Origin: Phycisphaerae bacterium
Lineage (GTDB): Bacteria > Planctomycetota > Phycisphaerae > FEN-1346
Assembly: GCA_049678285.1 (NCBI GenBank)
Contig: JBAUDW010000071.1
Span: 294-64,293, forward strand
DNA: 64,000 nt
Direction: 5' to 3'
Part shown: positions 17,385 to 26,275 of the stretch, one piece after another
Layout of the letters: every line of letters begins with the position of its first letter
Numbering within the stretch: the stretch's first letter is position 1
Notes under the pieces: model-generated
Seen by the model: the letters and a program-made list of their open reading frames with translations, nothing else
What the model was told of the DNA's origin: nothing
Database searches by the model: none
Translations under genes and position numbers: made by a program

Positions 17385-18923
17385 CTACTCCGCTGCTTCG
17401 GGCCTGGCCGAAGAACCGCGGGCCTCGTATTGCCGCGCTTCATCCAGGTACGCAAACTTCCGCTCATAGTCCGGGCTCATGCCGCTGCGGAAATCCTCGT
17501 AGGGCTCGCACCTGACCTCGACCGGCGCACCCGTGTAGCGGGCAAGAGCCTCGGCATATCGGTCGGCCAGAGAGGGCGCCGAGCGGATTCCCGGCACCAG
17601 TTGAACCCGCAGCAGGGCCCGTTGCGGCCCGGGCCGCAGTCGGAAGTTCCCCGTGGCTTGCCGCGCTAATTCTGGATCGGCGTACAGGGCTTCCTTGACT
17701 TCCTCGGGATACACGCGCCGGTCGCCCGCCTGGGCGCACTGGCCACGGCCGCAGACCATCAGGGTCGGGGTGGCGTCGAGTTCGCTGGCCGTCAGGCCGG
17801 CCCGGCGGGCCGCCTCTCGGAGGCCGTCGCTCGACTCCAGCCGCCGAACCTCATCGCCCGTCACGTAGCGGATGAGTGGAACCCGCCGCGCGCCGTCGAG
17901 CGTCGAGACCACGAGCTGGCTGTTGTCCAGCACCTCCACGAAGATCCACTCCGGATCGTAGGCGAAGATCATGGGTACGCAACGGGTCCCCGCCCCCAGG
18001 ATGGCCTCGCGCAGAGGCGCATCGCGGTGCAGCACGCGCCTCAGGGCGATCAGCGGACCCGTCTCCCAGAAGAGGTTCAGCCCCAGTTCTGCCACGCCCA
18101 TGCTCGAGAGGATCCGCCCGGTCTCAGGTCGGGCGAAGTTGATGCCCAGGAGGCCCTCCAGGTAGATTCGCGCGTTCTCGGCCAGCGGCTCCTCGCCCAC
18201 CACCACGTGGACCAGCCGCCGCTGCCAGTCCACCTTCTGGCGCTCGCCCAGTTCCACGAGGCACTTGATGAAGGCCGTCTCGCCGACGAGGACGATCTGC
18301 TCGTAATCCTCGCCGAAGGCCTTGACCAGGGCCACGACCATGTCCTCGCGGACGCTCGTCTCGGCCAGGGTGCAGGCCTGCGTATACACCTTCACCCCCA
18401 TGGGCAGGCAGTTGATGAGGAGGGTCGACTTGCTGCGGACGCCCAGGAAGAAGTCCAGCGCGTCGTCCACGCGGCGGACGGCCTCATCGGCGTTCTCCGC
18501 ATCATACATGCCGAACGCAAACTGGCCCGAGTGGCCCGACGACGTGAGGACCCAGGCGGGCTTGCCCAGGCGGCCGCCCCGGCACAGCGCTGCCAGCGGA
18601 AAACGTCCGAACGTGCCAGCCTTGTCCACCAGCGGCACGTACTGTCGGAACGCGTCGATGCTTGTGATCTTGGCTGGGTCCACGCCCGCCTCCGCCAAGA
18701 TGTCGCGATAGGCCGGGACCTCGCGCGCGGTCCGTTGGAAAGCGGCGATGATGGGGGGAACCGCGCTCGCGCCTAGCCCCAGGAGCCGCGGTTCGCTCTG
18801 CCGGCGGAGTTCATCGGCCGAGACCTCGCGCAAAGCCTCATCGGGTCTGACCGACGGCTGATGCTCCGCCGACGCCGGCGTTTTCTTTTCTGGTTTGATT
18901 CGCGGCATGTTGCGCCCTCGCAC
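17385..18923 (-). CDS. adenylate-forming enzyme of the PaaK / coenzyme F390 synthetase-like family (acyl-AMP/CoA ligase)
   Basis: The N-terminal block ..VPAYRDILAEAGVDPAKITSIDAFRQYVPLVDK.. is typical of the PaaK-like N-terminal domain, and the ~500-aa length fits. It is encoded convergently beside the N-acyl-amino-acid-synthase-like pair. Confidence 0.5.
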   Translation of the reverse strand: MRGRNMPRIKPEKKTPASAEHQPSVRPDEALREVSADELRRQSEPRLLGLGASAVPPIIAAFQRTAREVPAYRDILAEAGVDPAKITSIDAFRQYVPLVDKAGTFGRFPLAALCRGGRLGKPAWVLTSSGHSGQFAFGMYDAENADEAVRRVDDALDFFLGVRSKSTLLINCLPMGVKVYTQACTLAETSVREDMVVALVKAFGEDYEQIVLVGETAFIKCLVELGERQKVDWQRRLVHVVVGEEPLAENARIYLEGLLGINFARPETGRILSSMGVAELGLNLFWETGPLIALRRVLHRDAPLREAILGAGTRCVPMIFAYDPEWIFVEVLDNSQLVVSTLDGARRVPLIRYVTGDEVRRLESSDGLREAARRAGLTASELDATPTLMVCGRGQCAQAGDRRVYPEEVKEALYADPELARQATGNFRLRPGPQRALLRVQLVPGIRSAPSLADRYAEALARYTGAPVEVRCEPYEDFRSGMSPDYERKFAYLDEARQYEARGSSARPEAAE

Positions 18924-19105
18924 CTTAGGGGAAGGTGCTTGCCGCAGGTGCGCATGCTTAGGGGTGTTGAAACTCTGCCTCTGGTTGTGGAATCGGTAGT
19001 GCTCCGTTGGCTACTTCGTCATCGCCTGGCACTTGACTCCAGCAATTCAGCCGGGATTCCCCAGATGACCTCCGCCCGGCCCACTGCCGGGCGATCTGAC
19101 ACGCA

Positions 19106-20698
19106 TTATACTGCCCCCTGGGCTGAAGCGCCGCTCGCGGCGGTCGGCCGCGGATCGTGCTTCCGCCTCTCCCGGACGACGTGGGTCGTAATTACCTCCG
19201 ACGCCGCGGGGTCCGACGCGGGGCAATCCAGGACCATGAGCAGGGCCTGCGCCAGTTCCGCGATGCTCAGAGGGAAGGTCAGGTAGGCGGCAAGACCCAG
19301 TTCGCGGCATCGGGCGACGTCGCCTCGCCGGCCCGCGTGGGTCACGAGGACGATCGCGGGCCGGCCGTAATCGGGTTTGCCCGTGATCGTCGCCGCAAGG
19401 TCGAAGACGTTGCCGCCGGGCGTCGTCGCGTCGAGGAGCACGAACCGCCGCGGCCGCCCATCGGCCCGCGCCTGCTGCAGCGCCGCAAAGGCGGCTCCGG
19501 CATCCGCCACCGCCACGCTCTCCATTCTAAGGCGTCCGAGCATCGTGACAAGCGATTCTCGGATGTCGCTCTGGCCGTTCACCACAAGGGCACGCAGGCG
19601 CGAGAGCCGCGACAGGTCGCACGGCGCAAGCGGGGCCTCCGCCTCCTGCCGCAAACCAAGCCGGATGGTGAAGTGGAACGTGCTCCCCCGGCCGGACTCG
19701 CTTTCGACCGTGATGCGGCCGCCCATGAGTGCCACTAGTTGCGATGCGATGGCCAATCCGATGCCGCAGCCCCCGTGGGTCCGCGTGGCCGAGCCGTCCA
19801 CCTGCCGGAACGCCTCGAAGACCTTGGCTTGGGCCTCCTTCGGTATCCCGATGCCCGTGTCGGTGACCGTGAACTGCACCTCGGCCTTCGCGGCATCCTC
19901 GGACACCAGGGCGGCATGCACCCGGACCTCGCCCGTCTCGGTGAACTTGATGGCGTTGCTCAGGAGCGTGCCGAGCACCTGCCGCAAGCGGCCGGGGTCG
20001 CCTACGACCTCGTCCGGCACATCGGGGTCCGCGTCGCACCGCAGGGTCAGTTGCTTGCGGTCGGCCTGGGGCCGGAAGCGGACGGTGACGTCGCCGATGC
20101 AGTCCCGCAGGCGGAAGCCCTGCGGGTCGAGGCTCAGGCGCCGCGCGTGAATCCGCGACAGGTCGAGCAGGTCGTTGAGAAGGTCCAGAAGCGAATGGCC
20201 GGCGGCCCGGACCTTCTCGAGGTACCGCCGCTGCTTCGGCGCCGGGTCCGTCTCCAGGAGAAGGTCGGTCATGCCCAGGATCGTGTTCATGGGCGTGCGG
20301 ACCTCGTGGCTGATGTTCGACAGGAACTCGTTCCGCAGGGCCTTGGCGCTGTGGGCCATGACGGCCAGTTCCCGCGCCCGCTTGCGGGCGCTTTTAAGGT
20401 CCTGGGTGATAACGGCCAGGCGGGAGCGGGCCTCATCCGCCTCGGCGCGGGTCCGCTTCAGGCGCCGGCGAAGCCACAGGGCCAGCCCGATGGCTGCCGC
20501 CAGGAGAATCAGGCAGGTGGGTACGAGCCAACTCGGCCCCACACCAGGGCCGGCGTCCAGGGCGAGCCGCAGGCCCGCCGGGTCCTCGCTGACGCGCGCA
20601 GACAACGACGCCCCGCCCGCCGCCCCCAGCGGCCAGGGGCGGGCTCGTCCCGACGCGATCATCGGAAGTGGCGACATCCTGGGGAGCTCCTTTGGCAT
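19106..20698 (-). CDS. hybrid sensor histidine kinase with a C-terminal receiver-like domain
   Basis: One TM segment (SWLVPTCLILLAAAIGLALWL). HisKA H-box FLSNISHEVRTPMNTILGMTDLL. HATPase_c blocks (LRQVLGTLLSNAIKFT, DTGIGIP, GGCGIGLAIASQLVALMGG). A C-terminal ~120-aa REC-like domain. Confidence 0.8.
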   Translation of the reverse strand: MPKELPRMSPLPMIASGRARPWPLGAAGGASLSARVSEDPAGLRLALDAGPGVGPSWLVPTCLILLAAAIGLALWLRRRLKRTRAEADEARSRLAVITQDLKSARKRARELAVMAHSAKALRNEFLSNISHEVRTPMNTILGMTDLLLETDPAPKQRRYLEKVRAAGHSLLDLLNDLLDLSRIHARRLSLDPQGFRLRDCIGDVTVRFRPQADRKQLTLRCDADPDVPDEVVGDPGRLRQVLGTLLSNAIKFTETGEVRVHAALVSEDAAKAEVQFTVTDTGIGIPKEAQAKVFEAFRQVDGSATRTHGGCGIGLAIASQLVALMGGRITVESESGRGSTFHFTIRLGLRQEAEAPLAPCDLSRLSRLRALVVNGQSDIRESLVTMLGRLRMESVAVADAGAAFAALQQARADGRPRRFVLLDATTPGGNVFDLAATITGKPDYGRPAIVLVTHAGRRGDVARCRELGLAAYLTFPLSIAELAQALLMVLDCPASDPAASEVITTHVVRERRKHDPRPTAASGASAQGAV

Positions 20699-20710
20699 GA
20701 CATTATCGCC

Positions 20711-20729
20711 CCCCCACCCGTCGTGTCAG
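20711..20729 (+). repeat. 19-bp direct repeat CCCCCACCCGTCGTGTCAG, copy 1, in the divergent promoter region
   Basis: An exact copy recurs at 20886-20904. Both lie in the 790-bp intergenic region between the divergent kinase and Wza-like genes. Confidence 0.6.
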
Positions 20730-20885
20730 CGATTCGCCCCGACAAGCATGGTGGCCGGGTGGGCATGGCGCCGGGCAGTGTCGGCATTTGCCTTACCCCT
20801 TCGCCAGCCTGGTCATCCTTGGGTGTTATCGACGCCCGGGGCCGGGCGACTTGAGTCGGCAGAATCCGCTGGCCCTCCCCCACCC

Positions 20886-20904
20886 GTCGTGTCAGTTACG
20901 AGAG
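20886..20904 (+). repeat. 19-bp direct repeat CCCCCACCCGTCGTGTCAG, copy 2
   Basis: Exact copy of 20711-20729. Confidence 0.6.
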
Positions 20905-21489
20905 GAGTGCGGCAGAGATCGCTGCAGCCTACTCGCCGAAGTGCGGGGGAGCGGCGGCAGACCCCGGTCGGGACTGGGGGACAGAGATCACCGGCCGCTC
21001 CCGTGGCCGGCTCATGCCTCTGTTACAGGCGCATTACCTCGTCGCCCGCTATTTTTGCTGGACATGCCGCGGCGAGGCACCGATATTCCGGGGGCAGGGC
21101 GCGAGTTCGGAGTACTACCAGGCGAAGGTTGCCGAGGATCGGCTGCGCGGCACAGGCCCGCAACTGGCGTTCGCGTTTGAAAGCGTGGACGGCAACAACC
21201 AGATGGTCGAACGGCTTTTAGACAAGGGGAAGACCGCAGCCTTGTTCTATGTCGAAACCAGTGCGACCGCCTACGGGTACTTCATTGCCACAACCCATCG
21301 GTTCCGAAAACCGTTGCCAATTTCGTGTTCAAGGCCCGCAATCTTGCCGATATAGGGCACTAGGCTGTCTCCCTGCGTAGGAGAGGGTTGCATCCTGGCG
21401 ATTTTAGGCTATACTATTCGATGTCACGGACCGTAAGAACGGCCCCAGGTCGCATTCCGCGATCAGCGGCTCTTGTTGGAGGGCGTAGA

Positions 21490-22455
21490 ATGACAACAGC
21501 CAACCGTTGCCTGGGTGTTCTGATCGGCTGCTTGCTGGGGGCCGCGGCTATGGGCTGCGGCGGCAACAACGAGCGTCTGAAGGCGTTCCTCCAGGAACCG
21601 CGTTCGCCCGTTTCGGGGAGCGAATACCGCGTCCTTCCGCCGGATGTCATCCTCATTAACTCCATCTATGTGTCGGACATCAACAACTTCAAGGTGGAAG
21701 TGCGTCCGGACGGGAAGATCAACCTGCCCTTGCTCGGGGAGGTCACCGTAGCCGGCAACACGCCGCGGGAGATCGAGGCGGTCCTCAAGGCCAGGTCACG
21801 CGAATTTTACGAGGAAGTCGATGCGACGGTCCAAGTCACCGAGTTCCGGTCCCAGAAGATTTACGTGTTCGGCCAAGTGGCTCGCCCGGGCCCCCTGCCT
21901 TGGACCGGCACCGACACGGTCATTGACGTCCTGGCCCAGGTGCAGCCCACGCCGCTGGCCTGGCCGGAGCGGATCCGGGTGATTCGCGGGAAACCTCCGA
22001 TCCGGGGAGGGTACTTGCGGCCCTCCAAGGAAGACCAGGAAGACCAGGCCGAGAAGAGCGATCCTGAGGAAGACGCGCCGGCGCCGTCGACCGAGGAGTT
22101 CCCCGTGGCCAAGGAGGGCGAGGACAAGCAGGAGAAGCCCTTGACGGTCGAGGAAGCCACGAAGATGGCGGCAGAGGCCGCCAGGGCAGCGGAGGCCGGC
22201 GACGGGTCGGATGCCCACATGATGAAGGTTAACATGATGAACATGGTTGAGAAGGGGGATTTCTCACAGAATGTGCTCCTGAAGGCCGGCGACGTCGTTT
22301 ATGTCCCGCCGAACCCGCTGGCGGCCTTCGGACTGGCCATGCAGCAGGTGTTGTTGGGGATTCAGCCGGCGGCATCGACGATTCAAGCGCCGGCCAGCGC
22401 GGCATATAGCGTGAAGTCGGTTCAGAACTTTGGTAGCTCGAAGCAGATACCTTAG
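21490..22455 (+). CDS. polysaccharide export outer-membrane lipoprotein (Wza/EpsE-like, Poly_export + SLBB)
   Basis: Lipobox LGAAAMGC after a signal peptide. PPDVILINSIYVSD, GKINLPLLGEVTVAGNT and TVIDVLAQV blocks are typical of Wza-family exporters. An acidic low-complexity insert is present. Confidence 0.75.
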   Translation: MTTANRCLGVLIGCLLGAAAMGCGGNNERLKAFLQEPRSPVSGSEYRVLPPDVILINSIYVSDINNFKVEVRPDGKINLPLLGEVTVAGNTPREIEAVLKARSREFYEEVDATVQVTEFRSQKIYVFGQVARPGPLPWTGTDTVIDVLAQVQPTPLAWPERIRVIRGKPPIRGGYLRPSKEDQEDQAEKSDPEEDAPAPSTEEFPVAKEGEDKQEKPLTVEEATKMAAEAARAAEAGDGSDAHMMKVNMMNMVEKGDFSQNVLLKAGDVVYVPPNPLAAFGLAMQQVLLGIQPAASTIQAPASAAYSVKSVQNFGSSKQIP

Positions 22456-22595
22456 CGGGAGGCGTTCGATAGCCGAAATGACCGTGCAAGCAACTCCGCG
22501 AGGCTTCCCGCGGTAGTCCTCCGGCGCCGGAGACCGTCAGCACGCCGGCTGGTGGCACACACGAAATCCCCGGTGAGCAGCCGCTAGCGAGAAAA

Positions 22596-24401
22596 ATGAT
22601 GGCCGAAGAGACACAGAAAAAGACACCGCGGGACCTCCTGAGGGCGGTTTTTCGCCACCGCCTGCTCTTTATGTCGAGCGCGGCGCTGTTTGCGTTTGCC
22701 ATCCTCGTAGGCGCCTGCTGGTGGCCGCTGAAGTATACGGCCATCGCCAAGCTCGCGCGCCGGTCCGACCCGGCGTCCGAGGACCTCGTTCGCGGCAGGA
22801 GCGAATCGTTCGATGCCCTGAAGATGACCCTTCAGCACGAACTTGTCGGCACTAATGCCGTCGAGGCCGCCGCGGAGGAACTGGAGAAAAAGCGGCTCCT
22901 TCCGGCGCTGCCGCGCGGCCAGGACGGCAAACTGACGACCGAGGGCAGGATGTTGCGCCAGGAAGTCGTGCGCAATCTCTCCGCCGACCTGAAGGTCATC
23001 TTTGAGGTGCGATCCAAGGAAGTGGACCTGGTCTCCGTTTCCTTCACGGACCCGGACCCGCGACTGGCGCAGGAACTGCCGAACACACTGATCACCAACT
23101 ACATCGACCGCATCAGCGAACAGATCGTCACCAACCTGACGTCCAGCCGCGACTTCCTCCAGACCAAGGTCGACGAGGCCAACACGCGTCTCGCGGAACT
23201 CACGCGGAAGCGGATCGACTTCGAAACCAAGTATGCGGGCATGTTGCCGGACAACCCGGGGGCGCTCCAGCAGGAAATTCAGCGCATCGCGACCGACACG
23301 GACACCGTCCGGCGCCAGCAGGCGCTGGCCAAGCAGAAACTGGACCAGATCAGGGTCATCCTGGGGCGCTCCGCGGCCCCCGAGGACGACGGGTCCGCTG
23401 CGGCGCCCGAGGGCGTCGGGTCCGCTACGGAGTCCGCCCTGTCCGCCGAGCGAGAATACAAAGACGCAACGCAGGATTTGGCCCGCCTCCAGGACCAGCA
23501 GCAGCAATACCAGCGGTCGCTCGACGAGTCGCGGACGCTGCTGCACATGACGGAAAAGCACCCGCGCGTCGTGGCGCTGCGGAAGCAGATCGACGCCCTC
23601 GACAAGCGGATCACGGAATTCAAGGTCCTCCGGTTGCCCGACCTCGAGAAGCGCCTGCGCGAAAGTCGGGCCCGCTTGCGGGCCGCGTACGGCGATTCCA
23701 TCCTCGACCCCTCCCGTCAGCGCAACCAGGAAATGCTTCAGGCCAATCTTACGATCCAGGAAACGACAGCCCAGTCCGAGTATCAGATGGCGACCAACGA
23801 ACTGGAACGCCTCCAGGCCCGCCAAGTCGCCCTCCAGAACATCATGAACAACTACGGTCCCGTGCGGCAGGAGTACCTGGGAATGATCAAGGAGGTGACC
23901 GACCAGCAGGCCGAGGTCGACAGGTGGCAGAAGCGGCGGACGGAAGTGCAGATGGCCCTGGCCGCCGAGGCCGCCAAGCACCGGACCCACCTGACCCAGG
24001 TGGAGTTGGCGCAGGAGCAGTTCAAGCCGTCGTCGCCCAAACTTCTTTACGTGCTGGCACTGGCCATCGTGGGCGGGCTGGCGTTCGGCGGGGGTCTGGT
24101 GTTCTTGACCAACACGGTGGACCGGTCCATCACGACCACCGAGGAGGCGACGGCCCATTTCGGCCTGCCGGTGCTGGGCAGCATAGGCGAGATTATGACC
24201 GCCCCGCAGAGGGCGCGCCGGAAGATGATCCGCTGGGGGCTGGGTCCCGTGGCGGCGGTGGTGGTGGCGCTGGCGATAGGGGCGGCGGCCCTGAACATCG
24301 CCCTGTGGCTGAACAGCCGCGAGCAGTACAGCCAGTGGCGGGCCTCACCCGTGCGGTTCGTGGTGTCCAAGATCGGCGACTCGCTGGCCGGCAAGATCTG
24401 A
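22596..24401 (+). CDS. polysaccharide chain-length determinant protein (Wzz/GumC/EpsF-like, PCP family)
   Basis: N-terminal TM (LLFMSSAALFAFAILVGACWW), a long coiled-coil periplasmic region, and a second C-terminal TM (LLYVLALAIVGGLAFGGGLVFL). Confidence 0.8.
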   Translation: MMAEETQKKTPRDLLRAVFRHRLLFMSSAALFAFAILVGACWWPLKYTAIAKLARRSDPASEDLVRGRSESFDALKMTLQHELVGTNAVEAAAEELEKKRLLPALPRGQDGKLTTEGRMLRQEVVRNLSADLKVIFEVRSKEVDLVSVSFTDPDPRLAQELPNTLITNYIDRISEQIVTNLTSSRDFLQTKVDEANTRLAELTRKRIDFETKYAGMLPDNPGALQQEIQRIATDTDTVRRQQALAKQKLDQIRVILGRSAAPEDDGSAAAPEGVGSATESALSAEREYKDATQDLARLQDQQQQYQRSLDESRTLLHMTEKHPRVVALRKQIDALDKRITEFKVLRLPDLEKRLRESRARLRAAYGDSILDPSRQRNQEMLQANLTIQETTAQSEYQMATNELERLQARQVALQNIMNNYGPVRQEYLGMIKEVTDQQAEVDRWQKRRTEVQMALAAEAAKHRTHLTQVELAQEQFKPSSPKLLYVLALAIVGGLAFGGGLVFLTNTVDRSITTTEEATAHFGLPVLGSIGEIMTAPQRARRKMIRWGLGPVAAVVVALAIGAAALNIALWLNSREQYSQWRASPVRFVVSKIGDSLAGKI

Positions 24402-24409
24402 GATGAATT

Positions 24410-25276
24410 ATGTATCTTGATTTCTACAATTTGCGTGAGTTCCCGTTCGCCATCACGTGCGACGACCGCTTCTTCTACGAAAGCACCGTCCACGCCGAGA
24501 CCCTGGCCAACATGATGTACACCGTCCAGCAGCGCAAGGGCATGGTCCTGGTGACCGGCGAGGTGGGGGCGGGAAAGACCTTCGTCGGCAACATGCTCGG
24601 TTCGCGCCTGGGCGTCGGATGCCAGACCGTCCTGATCAGCAATCCGCCGCAATCCAGCAAGCAACTCCTCAGCACCCTGGCACGGCGCCTGGGCATGAAC
24701 GTGCGCGCCAGCACCGACAAGGCGAGCCTCGTGGAAGAACTGGAGCGGTACCTGGTGGGCCTTAACAGCCGCGGCCGTCTTGTGGCGCTTATCTTCGACG
24801 AGGCCCAGGACCTGTCGCCGGCCAGCCTCGAGGAACTCCGCCTGCTGTGGAACTGGGAGCAGGGGGGCCGGCGCCTCATCCAGATTGTCCTCATCGGCCA
24901 GCCGGAACTGAGGCAGCGGTTGCTGGAACCGAAGTGGGAGGCGCTGCGCCAGCGTGTTGTTCTAAGTTACCACCTTCAGCATCTTTCGCCAGCGGACACC
25001 CCTTCCTATATCGCTCACCGCCTCCGCGTGGCCGGCGGCGACGCGTGTTCGGCCCAGTTCACGGCTTCGGCCTTGACCGACATCCATGCCGCCACCGACG
25101 GCATTCCCAGGCTGATCAACATTCTCTGCGACAATGCCCTGCTGGTGGGCTACGCCAAGGAGGTCCACTGCATCGACAGTCCGATCATCGCCGAGGTTGT
25201 CCGTGACATGACTTGTTGGGGCCTTCGCACGCCGTCCCCGGTACCGCAAGCCGCGCCCGCCAGCGGGCAGGAGTAG
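24410..25276 (+). CDS. ExeA/GspA-like AAA ATPase (PEP-CTERM-locus putative secretion ATPase)
   Basis: MYLDFYNLREFPF N-terminus, Walker A GEVGAGKT, Walker B LIFDEAQ. Confidence 0.8.
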   Translation: MYLDFYNLREFPFAITCDDRFFYESTVHAETLANMMYTVQQRKGMVLVTGEVGAGKTFVGNMLGSRLGVGCQTVLISNPPQSSKQLLSTLARRLGMNVRASTDKASLVEELERYLVGLNSRGRLVALIFDEAQDLSPASLEELRLLWNWEQGGRRLIQIVLIGQPELRQRLLEPKWEALRQRVVLSYHLQHLSPADTPSYIAHRLRVAGGDACSAQFTASALTDIHAATDGIPRLINILCDNALLVGYAKEVHCIDSPIIAEVVRDMTCWGLRTPSPVPQAAPASGQE

Positions 25277-25279
25277 ACT

Positions 25280-26128
25280 GTGGCCAACGTGTGGGATGCG
25301 ATGAAGAAGCACCAAGCCGAGCAGGCGGCAGCAGCGCCGCTGGCGACCGCCACGTCGCCGCAGGACGCGCCGGGTACGGCCGCGCCGGCGCAGGAGACGG
25401 TGCCGGCCACCGCGGCCGCAACGCAGGTGCCCGCGCCGGTCGGCGGCCCCGCGACTCTCGACGGCTATGCCCCGGAACTGTGCGCCCACTACGAGCGCGG
25501 CGGGGCGATAGCCGAAGACTTCCGCGGACTTCGCACCAGCCTGCTGGCCCGGTACTCCGACGAACGGTTCTGCGTTCTCGTCACGTCGGCCGAGAAGGGT
25601 GAAGGCAAAACGGTGGCCTGCCTCAACCTGGCGTTGGTGCTGGCCGAACGCCAGGAACGCCGCACCGTGGTCGTCGATTGCGACCTCCGCGCCCGCCGCG
25701 TGGCCAAACTGATGCGCATAGCCAACGCCCCCGGCGTTGCCGACCTGCTACGCGGCGCGGCCCGCGTCGAGGACGTCCTGCGCAAGACAGCCTACCCAAA
25801 CCTGTTTGTGATCCCCGCGGGCGAGGCCGGCAAGGGCGAGGTGGGCGACCTGCTGCACCGCCCGGAACTGCAAGAGACTTTCAACGCCCTGCGTCGGCAG
25901 TACGACTACGTGCTCCTCGACACGCCGCCCGTGGTCGTCGCCCCCGACGCCTGCATGCTGGGCCCCGCCGTGACCGACGCACTCGTAATTGTTCGTATGT
26001 ACAAGACACGCCGCGAGACGGTCGATAGCGCCATCAGCCTCCTGCACGGGGCCAACATCAAGCCGGTGGGCGTGGTGCTGACGCATCGCCGATACTACAT
26101 ACCCAAGGTGCTCTACTACCACACGTAG
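25280..26128 (+). CDS. BY-kinase-type tyrosine autokinase ATPase domain protein (EpsG/CapB/Wzc C-terminal-domain-like)
   Basis: P-loop SAEKGEGKT, Walker B VVDCDLR, DYVLLDTPPV, and a C-terminal tyrosine cluster RRYYIPKVLYYHT. Confidence 0.8.
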   Translation: MANVWDAMKKHQAEQAAAAPLATATSPQDAPGTAAPAQETVPATAAATQVPAPVGGPATLDGYAPELCAHYERGGAIAEDFRGLRTSLLARYSDERFCVLVTSAEKGEGKTVACLNLALVLAERQERRTVVVDCDLRARRVAKLMRIANAPGVADLLRGAARVEDVLRKTAYPNLFVIPAGEAGKGEVGDLLHRPELQETFNALRRQYDYVLLDTPPVVVAPDACMLGPAVTDALVIVRMYKTRRETVDSAISLLHGANIKPVGVVLTHRRYYIPKVLYYHT

Positions 26129-26275
26129 GCGACTTCCGCTCGGCGCGTCCCCGGGGCCAAGAGCCTATCCGAATAACCGGGTTGTGACGAGGTCTTCGCA
26201 GTCGGCCGCAGTAGACACGGTTGTTCGGATAGGCTCTAAGGCCGGACTTAAGGCGTGCAGACCATCACCGCATCT

